Below are positions 9,353 to 20,051 of a DNA stretch of 64,000 bases, piece after piece. A model generated the notes under the pieces. That model was not told the DNA's origin. It was given only the letters and a program-made list of their open reading frames with translations, and did no database searches. The stretch spans positions 1,916-65,915 of IMG/VR virus record IMGVR_UViG_3300009181_000072. One strand, written 5' to 3'. Both the position numbers and the translations under genes were made by a program. Each line of letters opens with the position of its first letter. Position 1 is the stretch's first letter. The stretch is from a virus (lineage: Duplodnaviria; Caudoviricetes).

Positions 9353-11021
9353 TAAAAAACTTAGCCCGACTATATGCATGATGCCATTTGCTAGCATTAA
9401 TATCCATGCTACTGGCAAAATCGTTAGGTGCCAGATGAGCGAAGATGAAATGGGTGATGTTGTAAACGGGTCAATAGTAAAGCAGTGGGAAAATGAAGCA
9501 TTCCAAGAGTTGCGACAAGATCAGATAGACGGCAATTGGAATCGAGGCTGTACAAATTGTCTGCGTAAAGAATCTGATGGTATCAAGAGCAAGCGATTGC
9601 ACTGGCAATCTTTAGCTGTTGCTAAGGAATTTTGGGATACAAAAGATTTCAAATCTAGTATAGTTAAAAATGACATATTACATATGGATATAGCGTTCAA
9701 TAACTTATGTAATTTCAAATGTAGGATGTGTTCGTCTGCATACTCAAATGCTTGGATCTCAGATGAGAAAAAGCTCAAAGATGCAGGCTTAGCTGGCGGA
9801 AGTAGCGGAAGTCAGCTACCGAAACTTGCTACTACATACAATCGAGAAAAAAATCAGGTAACAACTGAGCAGTTGACGGAATTGTTAGATAATGCGCCTA
9901 ACTTGCAACGTGTTGAGATACTAGGCGGCGAACCGTTCCTTGTGCCAGAATTTATGACATTTTTAGATGAGATGCGCAGTCGCGGTATCCATAAAAATGT
10001 AGAATTGATGGTCACCACAAATGGTAGTCTGATAACAGAAGAAAAGCTAGACAAACTATTGGGTTTTAAATACGTAAATATTAATTTTAGTTTAGATGCA
10101 ACAGGGGACCTATTCTCATACATGCGATCTGCTGGATTATTTACGTTTGAACAAATAGATAAACAACTTGATCTAGTTTTAGCATGGACTAAGAAAGCAA
10201 CTGCTACCGGATATGGTATATACAAGGTTAACATAAATGGTGCTTATCAGATCTATAATATGTTAAATATCAAAGATTTCATCGAATACATCATAATGAA
10301 ATTTAACTGGTATGAAACACCCCCTATTGAAAATAGTAAGTATCGGCATAGTTTCGAACATCGCATAGTTCTCAATGATACACTTTCTGCAAAAAGTGCA
10401 CCTATTAATCTCAAGTTAGAAAGCAATACACAGATAGATTGGTTGATATCTAAATATCCGTTTTTATTAGACATATCTGAAAAAAGCTACATATTAGATA
10501 TCAAGAAGACCTGTAATCAATACCATGATTCAAAAGATACTGATAGTATTCAGTTTGTTAAATTTACTAGAGAACTAGATAACATACGCGGTGTATCAAT
10601 TGATGATGTGGCGCCGGACGTCATTAAACATTTTTTGCATATAACCGACGATGATTGGCTTTCATATCATCTAGAGTTACAGTCTCGTCCAACAATCACA
10701 GCAGGCTCGTCTGCTATTCCGCATTTCAAAAACTGGCGAACGCTGTATATAAGAAATCTATATCGTGCACTGCACGAGAACAACGTGTTTACACTACTCT
10801 CAATTGAATACGATAAAGATATGCCATACGATGATGCATATTATGTTAGCAAGATATTAGAAGTTCGTTACTCTATATCAATGATAAGCAAAGATGACAA
10901 CAACGATATCCGCCATACTATAAAAACACTGTTTGATAGTGAATTTTATCGTATGTATTATATGATACCAGACAAGTTACAAGCACTAGCAGACATGCTG
11001 GGTAAGAAAATACTAGAATGA
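9345..11021 (+). CDS. Radical SAM protein with N-terminal twitch-like domain and C-terminal extension (#3)
   Basis: ICMMPF...RC...CTNCL; CNFKCRMC; GGEP; TTNGS; ~130 extra residues beyond the paralogs' C-terminus. Confidence 0.9.
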   Translation: MNNKKLSPTICMMPFASINIHATGKIVRCQMSEDEMGDVVNGSIVKQWENEAFQELRQDQIDGNWNRGCTNCLRKESDGIKSKRLHWQSLAVAKEFWDTKDFKSSIVKNDILHMDIAFNNLCNFKCRMCSSAYSNAWISDEKKLKDAGLAGGSSGSQLPKLATTYNREKNQVTTEQLTELLDNAPNLQRVEILGGEPFLVPEFMTFLDEMRSRGIHKNVELMVTTNGSLITEEKLDKLLGFKYVNINFSLDATGDLFSYMRSAGLFTFEQIDKQLDLVLAWTKKATATGYGIYKVNINGAYQIYNMLNIKDFIEYIIMKFNWYETPPIENSKYRHSFEHRIVLNDTLSAKSAPINLKLESNTQIDWLISKYPFLLDISEKSYILDIKKTCNQYHDSKDTDSIQFVKFTRELDNIRGVSIDDVAPDVIKHFLHITDDDWLSYHLELQSRPTITAGSSAIPHFKNWRTLYIRNLYRALHENNVFTLLSIEYDKDMPYDDAYYVSKILEVRYSISMISKDDNNDIRHTIKTLFDSEFYRMYYMIPDKLQALADMLGKKILE

Positions 11022-12178
11022 ATAAAAACAATTTTTGTCATATGCCGTGGCATGGTATCGCTATAGCTGCCAATGGCAATGTAAAACCGTGCTGTCAATA
11101 TTCGCATGGTGTAGATCAAGTTGGTTCCGATACTGATATTACAGCTGCCTATAATAATGATCAAATGAAGCGTATCAGGTCTCAATTCTTGCAGGGTGAA
11201 TCGCCTAGCGGTTGCAATAGCTGTTGGCAGCGCGAACAGCAGATAGGTACAAGCCGGCGTATATGGTTTGATGAAAAGTTTGGTCGATACATACCAACTG
11301 GCTACAAATATACTGAAAACGTTACCGATCCAGTATGGATTCAAGCAGACATAAACTTCTCAAACGTCTGTAATCTCAAGTGCAGGATGTGTGGCAGTTG
11401 GGCTAGCAACCAATGGTTTGACGAAGAACTGCGTTTGGCAAATATTGATTCTAAGTTTATGAAAAACAAGAATCCGGTGCCGCTAATACAGCACGATCTT
11501 GCACAATTACAGAGCATGCTGCCGCACATACAACACATGCGTCGCATTGATTTTAAAGGCGGAGAACCGATGCTTGCAAAATATCATAATCAGTTTTTGG
11601 ATTGGCTTATAGATAAAGGCCACAACAAATCTATCACTCTGCAATATACTACAAATGGCACAGTTATCAATCCGGGTATAGTAGATAGACTGTCTAGATT
11701 TGAGAATGTTAGGATAATGTTCAGCGTAGAAGGTACTGGATCGCTATATCAGTATATCAGAGGCGGCGCTCATAGTTTAGACGAAGTTGTCAATAACATA
11801 TTCAAATATGATCAACTAGATAACGTGTTGATAGGATTCAATGTCACGATACAAGCATACAACATATTAAATCTACGAGAGTTGCACACGTTCTTACATG
11901 CGTTGCCACTTAAACACGGTAGTGCAATCGGTGCATTTACTACCATATGTAACAACCCAGATTATCTCAGTCCGTTTGTTGTACCAGACGACTTGCGAGA
12001 TCTAGCAGTTGATAGGTTAGACGGTATTACAGAGTTACACCATTTATCGAATCAATTACAGAAGCGTGTGTGGGATGCAAGTAAGTGGCAAACATTTGTA
12101 GAATATACTCAACATCTCGACAAGTGGCGCAACGAACGCATCGTAGATCATGCTGCAGAATTTGCCAAGTTCTTCTAA
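11018..12178 (+). CDS. Radical SAM protein with N-terminal twitch-like domain (#4)
   Basis: FCHMPW...CC...CNSCW; CNLKCRMC; GGEP; YTTNGT. Confidence 0.9.
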   Translation: MNKNNFCHMPWHGIAIAANGNVKPCCQYSHGVDQVGSDTDITAAYNNDQMKRIRSQFLQGESPSGCNSCWQREQQIGTSRRIWFDEKFGRYIPTGYKYTENVTDPVWIQADINFSNVCNLKCRMCGSWASNQWFDEELRLANIDSKFMKNKNPVPLIQHDLAQLQSMLPHIQHMRRIDFKGGEPMLAKYHNQFLDWLIDKGHNKSITLQYTTNGTVINPGIVDRLSRFENVRIMFSVEGTGSLYQYIRGGAHSLDEVVNNIFKYDQLDNVLIGFNVTIQAYNILNLRELHTFLHALPLKHGSAIGAFTTICNNPDYLSPFVVPDDLRDLAVDRLDGITELHHLSNQLQKRVWDASKWQTFVEYTQHLDKWRNERIVDHAAEFAKFF

Positions 12179-12283
12179 ATAATGAAACTACTTGCACAGT
12201 GCGCACTGAGATAAGTTGAACAAAAGTGTAGACGGTGATAAAATAGTATTAATGGCCAAATAATAGATGGGGTATAAATCACA

Positions 12284-13675
12284 GTGAGATACTTTGAGAA
12301 ACTACAGGATCGCAGATTAGGTATCGGCTGGTTAGATATATTTGATCGTGTCAACGACGATTTCATAAAATCTGTAACACAAAATCTAACCAGTTACTGG
12401 GTAGGAGAATCGTCTGTTTTTTGGCAGATACCAAACTCTTATGGTCCTAGCGTAGATGTGCTATTAAACGATGCAGCTGACACTGATTTAAAGTGGCTGA
12501 TAATCTGTGCACCCGGCCTGACATTTGTCAGAGATGGTAACTTTTTCCAAATACTATCAACTATGATAGACGGCTTGTCTAATACTGCACTAATGGGACA
12601 TGTGCTGGATACGGGCGATCAGTATTATCAATTGCACCATCAAACCTTGCTTGTAAATCTAGATTGGTATAGAACACATAACAGACCAGAATTTGGTAAA
12701 ACAGACGACCTTGCATGGGAAACAATAGAACCTCTCCGTAGCGAAGAAAGTTTCCACGACGGATATACACCAATCTGGGTGAAAAACGGCAACACATCTC
12801 GGAATTATACCGGAAAAAAACCAGGATGGAATTTGATTAAATCTGCACTTGAATCTGGATACGATGTTAAACCATTTAACAAAGACCTTAGATTAAGCAA
12901 GTACTATTATTACCCAGATGTTGAAGGCGACTGGCCTACTAAGTTAGGTCCAATGAGTTACGATTTGCAGACAACTGTTCACTTCGTTTCAAATACAGAA
13001 TCAGTCATTTATGTTCCCGACGAACACGTTGGAACTTTTGACATATGCATGTTCCCAGCAGGAGGTATTAATGCAATTCTAATACCCTGGATGCTGCGCA
13101 TGAAAACAAATACTACTGTTATGATAAACGATATCAGTCCATTGGCGCTGGACATGGCAGGTAAATTAGTTGCAAATTATCGAGGCGGATCGCTAAACGA
13201 ATTCTTAAACAACAGCTACATATGGCCTAGAGATTCTCAATTTTTTAGAGGATTTTACCGTGCATCTGATCTGAACGAAATATCTGCAATGCAAGAAATA
13301 ATTGATGCAGAAATGAAAAACGGTCTTGGAGAATGGATAGATACGGTTATGCCAACCTTAACCTACCATTTCAATTGTGCAAATGTATTTGATGAAAATG
13401 ACTGGTGGGCATTTTCGCAAGGGGTGCATAGCAAACGCAAAGTGTACGTGAACCTGAGTAATATATGGCATTATTTGCCAACAACAATGATTTTCAGCTT
13501 GAAGAATCGCATGAAGATGCATGATAAAATGATGACTAGATTATCTCAATTAGATGCAGATATACAGCTGCACTATGTACACCCGACGTTAAAAAATATG
13601 ATGTATGTTGCACCAATTGATGCACTGGCTGTACCTATCAATCATAAATTTAAGGTGTTACCATGGAACAACTAA
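12284..13675 (+). CDS. Uncharacterised 463-aa protein in the radical SAM operon (possible transferase; weak methyltransferase-like C-terminal half)
   Basis: Long ORF coupled to the downstream hydroxylase; GHVLD, YQLHHQ, FHDGYTP and MINDISPLAL, VNLSNIW motifs; function not recognised. Confidence 0.55.
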   Translation: MRYFEKLQDRRLGIGWLDIFDRVNDDFIKSVTQNLTSYWVGESSVFWQIPNSYGPSVDVLLNDAADTDLKWLIICAPGLTFVRDGNFFQILSTMIDGLSNTALMGHVLDTGDQYYQLHHQTLLVNLDWYRTHNRPEFGKTDDLAWETIEPLRSEESFHDGYTPIWVKNGNTSRNYTGKKPGWNLIKSALESGYDVKPFNKDLRLSKYYYYPDVEGDWPTKLGPMSYDLQTTVHFVSNTESVIYVPDEHVGTFDICMFPAGGINAILIPWMLRMKTNTTVMINDISPLALDMAGKLVANYRGGSLNEFLNNSYIWPRDSQFFRGFYRASDLNEISAMQEIIDAEMKNGLGEWIDTVMPTLTYHFNCANVFDENDWWAFSQGVHSKRKVYVNLSNIWHYLPTTMIFSLKNRMKMHDKMMTRLSQLDADIQLHYVHPTLKNMMYVAPIDALAVPINHKFKVLPWNN

Positions 13676-14409
13676 TGCCATTTGTAGATCGCTGTATGGA
13701 ATTTACGCATTATCAATGCTTAAATTCTAGACCTGATAAATTCAAAGAATGGCGCAATGATAATGCATTGAAAGTAGAGTATTGCCAGTGGGTGATGCAT
13801 CATAGTAACTGTCCGAGCTTAAAGTTAGATATCCCTGTACCGCACGAAGGAATGCTGCGCGAAGTTCTGGCACAATCGCATAAATTTGTAAAGCATCGCG
13901 GCGAAGAAAATCCTGGTTGGTACAGCATGGCTATACACGGACAAGACGTGCACCTCACTCAGCCAAAGGAGTATTATGTAAACGTTGAAAAGTTGTTTAC
14001 GACAGATGATTTGCCAGACTATAAATGGACCGAACTAGCTGATCACTGCCCGGTTACCAAGGCATGGTTACAAGATCAATGGCCGTTCAAGAAGTTTCAA
14101 CGAGTACGCTTCATGCTGCTAGAACCTGGCGGGTATATTACTCCGCATTTTGACTACGACAAGCGCAGCATGGCAGCATTTAATCTTGCCATAAGCAATC
14201 CACCAGGTGTTGAATTCGCTATGGAGGATGCAGGGCTTATACCTTGGCAACCAGGCGAAGTGCGGGCTATTGACATAGGTAGGCATCATGCAGTGCGGCA
14301 CACTGGCACAGAGCCTCGCATCCATATGATCATACACGGTCTATGGGGCGACGGATTTGAAGAGATGATATGCCGTAGCTTTGACCAACTGTTGGAAACT
14401 CTTAAATGA
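13663..14409 (+). CDS. Asp/Asn beta-hydroxylase-like 2OG-Fe(II) dioxygenase (#1)
   Basis: RVRFMLLEPGGYITPHFD ... HHAVRHTGTEPRIHMII (HxD...H plus 2OG-binding R). Confidence 0.85.
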   Translation: MEQLMPFVDRCMEFTHYQCLNSRPDKFKEWRNDNALKVEYCQWVMHHSNCPSLKLDIPVPHEGMLREVLAQSHKFVKHRGEENPGWYSMAIHGQDVHLTQPKEYYVNVEKLFTTDDLPDYKWTELADHCPVTKAWLQDQWPFKKFQRVRFMLLEPGGYITPHFDYDKRSMAAFNLAISNPPGVEFAMEDAGLIPWQPGEVRAIDIGRHHAVRHTGTEPRIHMIIHGLWGDGFEEMICRSFDQLLETLK

Positions 14410-15569
14410 GTAACACGTTTTGTGTGTTACCTTGGATGCATTTAGCAACCAACGCAAGCGGGCAGCTTCGTGTGTGTTGTAACAGCACGCCTGGTAAGAA
14501 TCTGATATTGCGCGACGACGGCACCGCATATCGTGTTAACGATAAAGACATCGAGCATGCGTGGGAAAGCAAGACCCTGCGCGATCTACGAACTCAAATG
14601 TTGAACGGTACTAAAGCTGAAATATGCGAACGTTGCTGGCGAGAAGAAGATGCTGGCATTAGATCTGCACGGCAAGGGTGGAATCAAGCTTGGACTGTTG
14701 ACAATCCTACAGTTGATTCTCCAATGCAAGTCAAATATGTAGATTTAAGATTGGGTAACTTGTGCAACTTGAAATGCCGCATGTGCAATCCATATGCTAG
14801 CAATCAATGGGTTGACGAGTGGGGATTAATTGCTGATGCGTTAAGCACTGATGAGCATGCTAGATTAAGTAGCATGGACTGGCCAAATGATCCGCAAGTC
14901 TGGAATAATCTTGCATTGTTTAGCAACACGATAGAAGAGATATACCTCACTGGCGGCGAACCGACGTTAGCCAAGGCACAATATGACCTTTTTGACCGTT
15001 TGATTGAATTGGATGTTGCCAAAAAGATAACATTAAAATATAACACTAATCTAACAAACATACCACAGCGTATGATTGATTATTGGGAACACTTTAAACG
15101 CATAAAGATAAATGCTAGCATTGATGCATTTGGAGATCTCAATCGTTACATTCGTTATCCGGCAAACTGGAAAAGCATTGATAAAAATCTGCGCATCTTT
15201 TTAGAAATGCGATCTAGAAATAAGTGTACCTTGTCAGTGCACTGTACTGTGCAGATTTATAACATACTGCAGCTGCCAGAACTGATAGATTACGTTGATA
15301 GCCTCGGTGATATACAGATATATTTTAACATACTGAATCATCCAGACTGTCTTAATATACGAGTGTTACCACTTGCACTCAAACAGCTCGTGTCAGATAG
15401 GCTACAAAAATACACACATAAACCTAAAGTTGATGGCATCATTAGTTATATGATGAGCGACGACTGGAACAATAAGTGGGATGAGTTTGTAAAGTATACC
15501 AAAGCTCTTGATTCAAGCCGCAGTGAAAACATAAGCACCTTGGTGCGAGAATTCAATGAGCTATACTGA
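14406..15569 (+). CDS. Radical SAM protein with N-terminal twitch-like domain (#5)
   Basis: FCVLPW...CC...CERCW; DLRLGNLCNLKCRMC; GGEP; YNTN; SIDA; YIRYP. Confidence 0.92.
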   Translation: MSNTFCVLPWMHLATNASGQLRVCCNSTPGKNLILRDDGTAYRVNDKDIEHAWESKTLRDLRTQMLNGTKAEICERCWREEDAGIRSARQGWNQAWTVDNPTVDSPMQVKYVDLRLGNLCNLKCRMCNPYASNQWVDEWGLIADALSTDEHARLSSMDWPNDPQVWNNLALFSNTIEEIYLTGGEPTLAKAQYDLFDRLIELDVAKKITLKYNTNLTNIPQRMIDYWEHFKRIKINASIDAFGDLNRYIRYPANWKSIDKNLRIFLEMRSRNKCTLSVHCTVQIYNILQLPELIDYVDSLGDIQIYFNILNHPDCLNIRVLPLALKQLVSDRLQKYTHKPKVDGIISYMMSDDWNNKWDEFVKYTKALDSSRSENISTLVREFNELY

Positions 15570-16482
15570 GGTACACAGCACTAATCCCTACTTGACCGTA
15601 GATTGGATACTTGGTAATAGCTGTAATTATAATTGTACATATTGCAACGATGATCTCAAAAACGGGTTATCTAGTTGGCCAGAGCTTACACAAGCCTTGC
15701 GATTTTTGGATATGCTTGCTGCTACTAATCGCGATATCCTGCTAATACTGAGCGGCGGCGAGCCAACATTATGGCGAGATCTAAATACGTTTGTTGAAGA
15801 AGCAAGAACTAGATCGGCTAGGGTTAAATTGATAACCAACGGATTTAGAAAGCCGTCCTATTGGGCTAACATATCTGCTAATCTAGATTCTGTTGTGTTC
15901 TCACTACACGTTGATCAAACGCCAAATATCCAACAATTCATTAGCAATTTCAATAGTGTAAACTTAGAAGATAAGACGGTACTACTCTTGGCATGGCCGC
16001 AGAGCTGGGACAGGGTTGTAGACTTTTATTCTGCTGTAAAAACTGGGATGACTGGGGGTAGTCTGCAACTAAAGCCAGTTGATCGCCGCTGGCAAGGAGA
16101 TTCTGCGGTCATAGATTATACAGATAGCCAACTTGAATGGTTAACTGGTAACAAGATTTATAGAGCTACTAAGTACAAAAGTGCATACCATCCCAGCTAT
16201 CTCATAGACGGTAACACACGAGAAGAGATAGATGCTCATACTATAATAGAAAAGAAAAACTTGTTTTACGGATGGCAGTGCAACATAGGCATAGATAAGC
16301 TTACTATAAATCAACAAGGTGATATATGGGGCGGCACTTGCGGTGTAGGAGGGATGCTTGGTAATTTTAAAAGCATGGATCTAAAATTGCCAACTACATC
16401 TCAAACATGTACCATGCAATACTGCAACTGCATGCCAGATCTCTTATTATCAAAACACATGGAACCTGAGGCTAGTAAATGA
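15556..16482 (+). CDS. Radical SAM protein with C-terminal SPASM/twitch-like domain
   Basis: CNYNCTYC, SGGEP, ITNG; C-term GWQCNIG...GGTC...CTMQYCNC. Confidence 0.9.
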   Translation: MSYTEVHSTNPYLTVDWILGNSCNYNCTYCNDDLKNGLSSWPELTQALRFLDMLAATNRDILLILSGGEPTLWRDLNTFVEEARTRSARVKLITNGFRKPSYWANISANLDSVVFSLHVDQTPNIQQFISNFNSVNLEDKTVLLLAWPQSWDRVVDFYSAVKTGMTGGSLQLKPVDRRWQGDSAVIDYTDSQLEWLTGNKIYRATKYKSAYHPSYLIDGNTREEIDAHTIIEKKNLFYGWQCNIGIDKLTINQQGDIWGGTCGVGGMLGNFKSMDLKLPTTSQTCTMQYCNCMPDLLLSKHMEPEASK

Positions 16483-17201
16483 TACAGATAGTTGGCATTG
16501 AAGATAATCTTCCGTCTAAAGACATGCTCTTGCGAGTTGAGTGGAATCTAGGAAAGCGATGCAACTACGACTGCTCGTATTGTGATGTAAGCACTCACGA
16601 TCGTAAGAGCCCACATGTGTCAGTTGATGTGTTTCAAAAAACTGTGTCTAGATTGATAGACGCTGCTAAGCAAAATGGTCGAAAATTAAAAATTGCCTTT
16701 ACAGGCGGAGAACCATTTGCTCATCCAAAAATACTCGAACTATTGCAACTAGCAAAGAACATGGGTGTGTATAAAATGAGCGTAACAACTAACGGAAGTG
16801 TTCCGCTTGAAAAGTATATCGCAGCATTAAAGTATCTAGATTATGTCATCGTTAGCTACCATTTTGAGTTTGCGTACCATGATAAGGTTATCAATACAAT
16901 AATAGGTATACATGACGAGTGCCAGCGCATGACAGCAGCAGGTAGTTATAGAGGATTCCATACGCATGTTATGTTCTTGCCAGGGTATATGGAACAAACA
17001 AACGAGATATGTAATGCTATGAAGGTTCACGGCGTTAGATACGTGATTAGGCGCATACGCCCGCAGTATGATCCAATATCGCGCGATTACCTGCGTCCTC
17101 ATCGTAGCGGACTAGACGGAGTTTATCAGTTGGATAGTTACGATATTACGTCTCCGTATTATAGTGACGACGAGATGCAATTCATGGAAATGGGTATCTA
17201 A
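16479..17201 (+). CDS. Radical SAM core protein lacking its own auxiliary domain
   Basis: CNYDCSYC, FTGGEP, TTNGS, SYHFEF; ends where the paralogs' Cys-rich tail begins. Confidence 0.88.
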   Translation: MIQIVGIEDNLPSKDMLLRVEWNLGKRCNYDCSYCDVSTHDRKSPHVSVDVFQKTVSRLIDAAKQNGRKLKIAFTGGEPFAHPKILELLQLAKNMGVYKMSVTTNGSVPLEKYIAALKYLDYVIVSYHFEFAYHDKVINTIIGIHDECQRMTAAGSYRGFHTHVMFLPGYMEQTNEICNAMKVHGVRYVIRRIRPQYDPISRDYLRPHRSGLDGVYQLDSYDITSPYYSDDEMQFMEMGI

Positions 17202-17202
17202 C

Positions 17203-17544
17203 ATGGCTAACACTACTAACTTCAACAATATCATAGTACATTATGATGACGGCAGCAATGCTGAAGACAATGTCAACAACCTGCTAGCGCAAGAACAAAA
17301 TGACTTTAGAGGTTGGGAGTGTTGGGCAGGCATACAAAATATCACCATAGACAACCAAGGTATAGTATGGCGTGCAATATGCCGAGTTGGAAAACCATTG
17401 GGTAACATCTATGACGGTTTTGAGATGCCAACAGATACCATAACCTGTACTAAATCTCGCTGTACGTGTGCAGCAGATATACAATTAAGCAAGGCTAGGC
17501 CTGATCATATAAAGCGCTTGCGAGTTGGTAATGATGTCATTTGA
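17203..17544 (+). CDS. Stand-alone SPASM/twitch-like Fe-S domain protein
   Basis: NDFRGWECWAG...RAICRVG...CTKSRCTCAAD matches the C-terminal domains of 15556 and 20601; ATG 1 nt after the upstream stop. Confidence 0.8.
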   Translation: MANTTNFNNIIVHYDDGSNAEDNVNNLLAQEQNDFRGWECWAGIQNITIDNQGIVWRAICRVGKPLGNIYDGFEMPTDTITCTKSRCTCAADIQLSKARPDHIKRLRVGNDVI

Positions 17545-18772
17545 TGCGATGCAAGATGCTGTACTATCCGAAACTGGCACAGCGATCTCGTCTGACACGT
17601 TTTGCATAGTGCCATTTATACACTATAGCACAACTACCGTCGGCGATTTTAAGCTGTGCTGCAGAAGTGATAAGATAGGCAACATTGACAACACTAGCAT
17701 CAAAGATCTATGGAATAGTAAACTCTATAGCAACGTGCGAACTGATCTTGTACAGGGCATACGAATACCCCAATGCAGTGCATGTTGGAAATTGGAAGAT
17801 AACAACATACAAAGTCTGCGCCAGAGTCACAACGCCGAACGAGGCTTTAAATATCGAGACCGCGTGATCCAATGGATCCGGACTGGTACGTTGCCGTGGT
17901 CAGTGCCAATAGTGGAATTGAAACTGAGCAACATTTGTAACCTCAGATGCCGAATGTGCTGGCCAAAAGACAGCACCCCGTGGCTGAAAGACTGGGACAA
18001 GGTAAAGGAATTTTACAGCGATGGCGATCAGCAACACATAGACGATATAATTGCAACGTACAATCTAAAAGACAACCCTATCATCAATAGGTTTGAATCT
18101 AATCCTAGTTTTCTTGAGAACTTTCTAGCTGCTGCTGAGCACATAGAAGAATTGGAATTTGCTGGTGGTGAGCCGTTGCTTGATCCGTTACATCTCAAGA
18201 TCATAGACAGATTACCGACCCCGGGGTCGGTAATCTTGAAATACAATACCAATCTAACCAAGCTAAACTTCAATCGTAAGATCTCAATATTAGAAATTTG
18301 GAAACGTTTCAAAGGCATTAAACTAACTATTAGCATAGACGGCAGTCCAGAGCTTAATGCACATATACGCAAGAACAGTATCTGGACAGACATTGTAGAC
18401 AATCTGAGAACTGTGCAATCTGAACTGGGCGACAATTTACTAGAGTCAAAAGTAACCACATGCATTAGCGCTATGAATGCACTCTCGCTTGATAGCACCA
18501 TAACACACATCATGCGAGATTTTAACACTCGTTGGATAACAACACGTTTGCAATATCCAGATTTCATGCATGCCAATGTGCTACCAGTTAATGCGCTACG
18601 CGATGCAATTGATCGACTATCGCAAGTTGATGTTACTGCATCGCCTCATAGGACAAACTATGAAAAACAGATACAGAATTGTATCAACTGGCTACAACAC
18701 TGTATAGATACAAATAAGCACGCAACTAACTACTCAAGGTATTTAGAATTTGGTGCAAGATTACCGGAATGA
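17531..18772 (+). CDS. Radical SAM protein with N-terminal twitch-like domain (#6)
   Basis: FCIVPF...LCCRS...CSACW; CNLRCRMC; EFAGGEP; SIDG. Confidence 0.9.
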   Translation: MMSFDAMQDAVLSETGTAISSDTFCIVPFIHYSTTTVGDFKLCCRSDKIGNIDNTSIKDLWNSKLYSNVRTDLVQGIRIPQCSACWKLEDNNIQSLRQSHNAERGFKYRDRVIQWIRTGTLPWSVPIVELKLSNICNLRCRMCWPKDSTPWLKDWDKVKEFYSDGDQQHIDDIIATYNLKDNPIINRFESNPSFLENFLAAAEHIEELEFAGGEPLLDPLHLKIIDRLPTPGSVILKYNTNLTKLNFNRKISILEIWKRFKGIKLTISIDGSPELNAHIRKNSIWTDIVDNLRTVQSELGDNLLESKVTTCISAMNALSLDSTITHIMRDFNTRWITTRLQYPDFMHANVLPVNALRDAIDRLSQVDVTASPHRTNYEKQIQNCINWLQHCIDTNKHATNYSRYLEFGARLPE

Positions 18773-18776
18773 AAAC

Positions 18777-20051
18777 ATGAACAGTAAGAACATAGATCGA
18801 GCAAAACAAAGCAAGAGTTTCTGCATCTTGCCTTTTACTCACGTAGCTACTAAAACCTACGGTGACATTAAACTCTGTTGTCGTAGCTTACCAGTTGGTA
18901 ACATTAAAGAACAGCCATTAAGTTCGATATGGAACAGTGATCGTTACAGACAGATACGCAAAGACATGTTATCTGGCGAACGTCCAGCAGAGTGTAATAT
19001 ATGTTGGAATCAAGAAGATGTAGGCGTTATAAGCATGCGCCAGCGTCTCAATAACGAACGTTCATATATGTCTCCCCAATTGTCTAAATGCAACGACGAG
19101 TATGCTATTCCATTTGAAATTCCGGTTTTAGAATTAAAGTTAAGCAATTTTTGTAATCTAAAATGCCGTATGTGCCACCCATTAGATAGTACTAGTTGGT
19201 TTAGTGACTGGAAGACTATTGAACATCTCATGGCTACTAATAACAAGGGTACATATGACAAGGTCAATAAAATGACTAGTCCGTATCTAAGTGCATGGGA
19301 CGACGAAACGTTCTGGAAAGAATTTGATGAATTGTTACCGCATTTTAGGATAATAGAATTTGCAGGCGGAGAACCTCTTATTGATCCGATACATTATAAG
19401 GTATTAGAAAAACTTGCACCGTATGGTCACCAGATACAACTAAAGTATGCTACAAATTTAACCAATATTGTTTTTGGTAAAACTAAAATATTTGATATCT
19501 GGGATAATTTCTCAGAAGTACACTTGCATGTTAGTATAGATGGTATGGGAGATATGTACGATTATATCAGGCAAGGTGCTAACTGGCAACAACTAATAGA
19601 TAATATAGATGCTGTGTCGCAACGTCGCAATGTTGTAATGTCACCTCAAATTACTGTCCAGATTTATAATATACACCAGCTACCGGAATTTTTTGATTTC
19701 TTTACCGAACGTATGGAATGCAAGCTGGTATCGCACCGAGTAGATTTTCCGAAATTTTTAAGTATTAAATGTCTACCTCCGAAGTATAAAGCAAAAATAA
19801 TAGCACAATTAGAAGAGTATGCAACAACTATAGTTGATAAAACTCATGTTAGATGGACAGATCAAAAAAAGACACATGTTTACGATCTCATCTACAATGA
19901 GATAAAGATATTAAAATCTCACGATAATTCTAAATTATTGAAAGATTTTGTAGAATTTAGTAATACGTTAGACAATGTTCAATCTGTAAAACTAACATGG
20001 AAAGAGTTACTTGGCGAATTACACACTGAACTACAAGAACTTAAGATATGA
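18777..20051 (+). CDS. Radical SAM protein with N-terminal twitch-like domain (#7), close paralog of #6
   Basis: FCILPF...LCCRS...CNICW; ELKLSNFCNLKCRMC; EFAGGEPLIDP; SIDG. Confidence 0.9.
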   Translation: MNSKNIDRAKQSKSFCILPFTHVATKTYGDIKLCCRSLPVGNIKEQPLSSIWNSDRYRQIRKDMLSGERPAECNICWNQEDVGVISMRQRLNNERSYMSPQLSKCNDEYAIPFEIPVLELKLSNFCNLKCRMCHPLDSTSWFSDWKTIEHLMATNNKGTYDKVNKMTSPYLSAWDDETFWKEFDELLPHFRIIEFAGGEPLIDPIHYKVLEKLAPYGHQIQLKYATNLTNIVFGKTKIFDIWDNFSEVHLHVSIDGMGDMYDYIRQGANWQQLIDNIDAVSQRRNVVMSPQITVQIYNIHQLPEFFDFFTERMECKLVSHRVDFPKFLSIKCLPPKYKAKIIAQLEEYATTIVDKTHVRWTDQKKTHVYDLIYNEIKILKSHDNSKLLKDFVEFSNTLDNVQSVKLTWKELLGELHTELQELKI

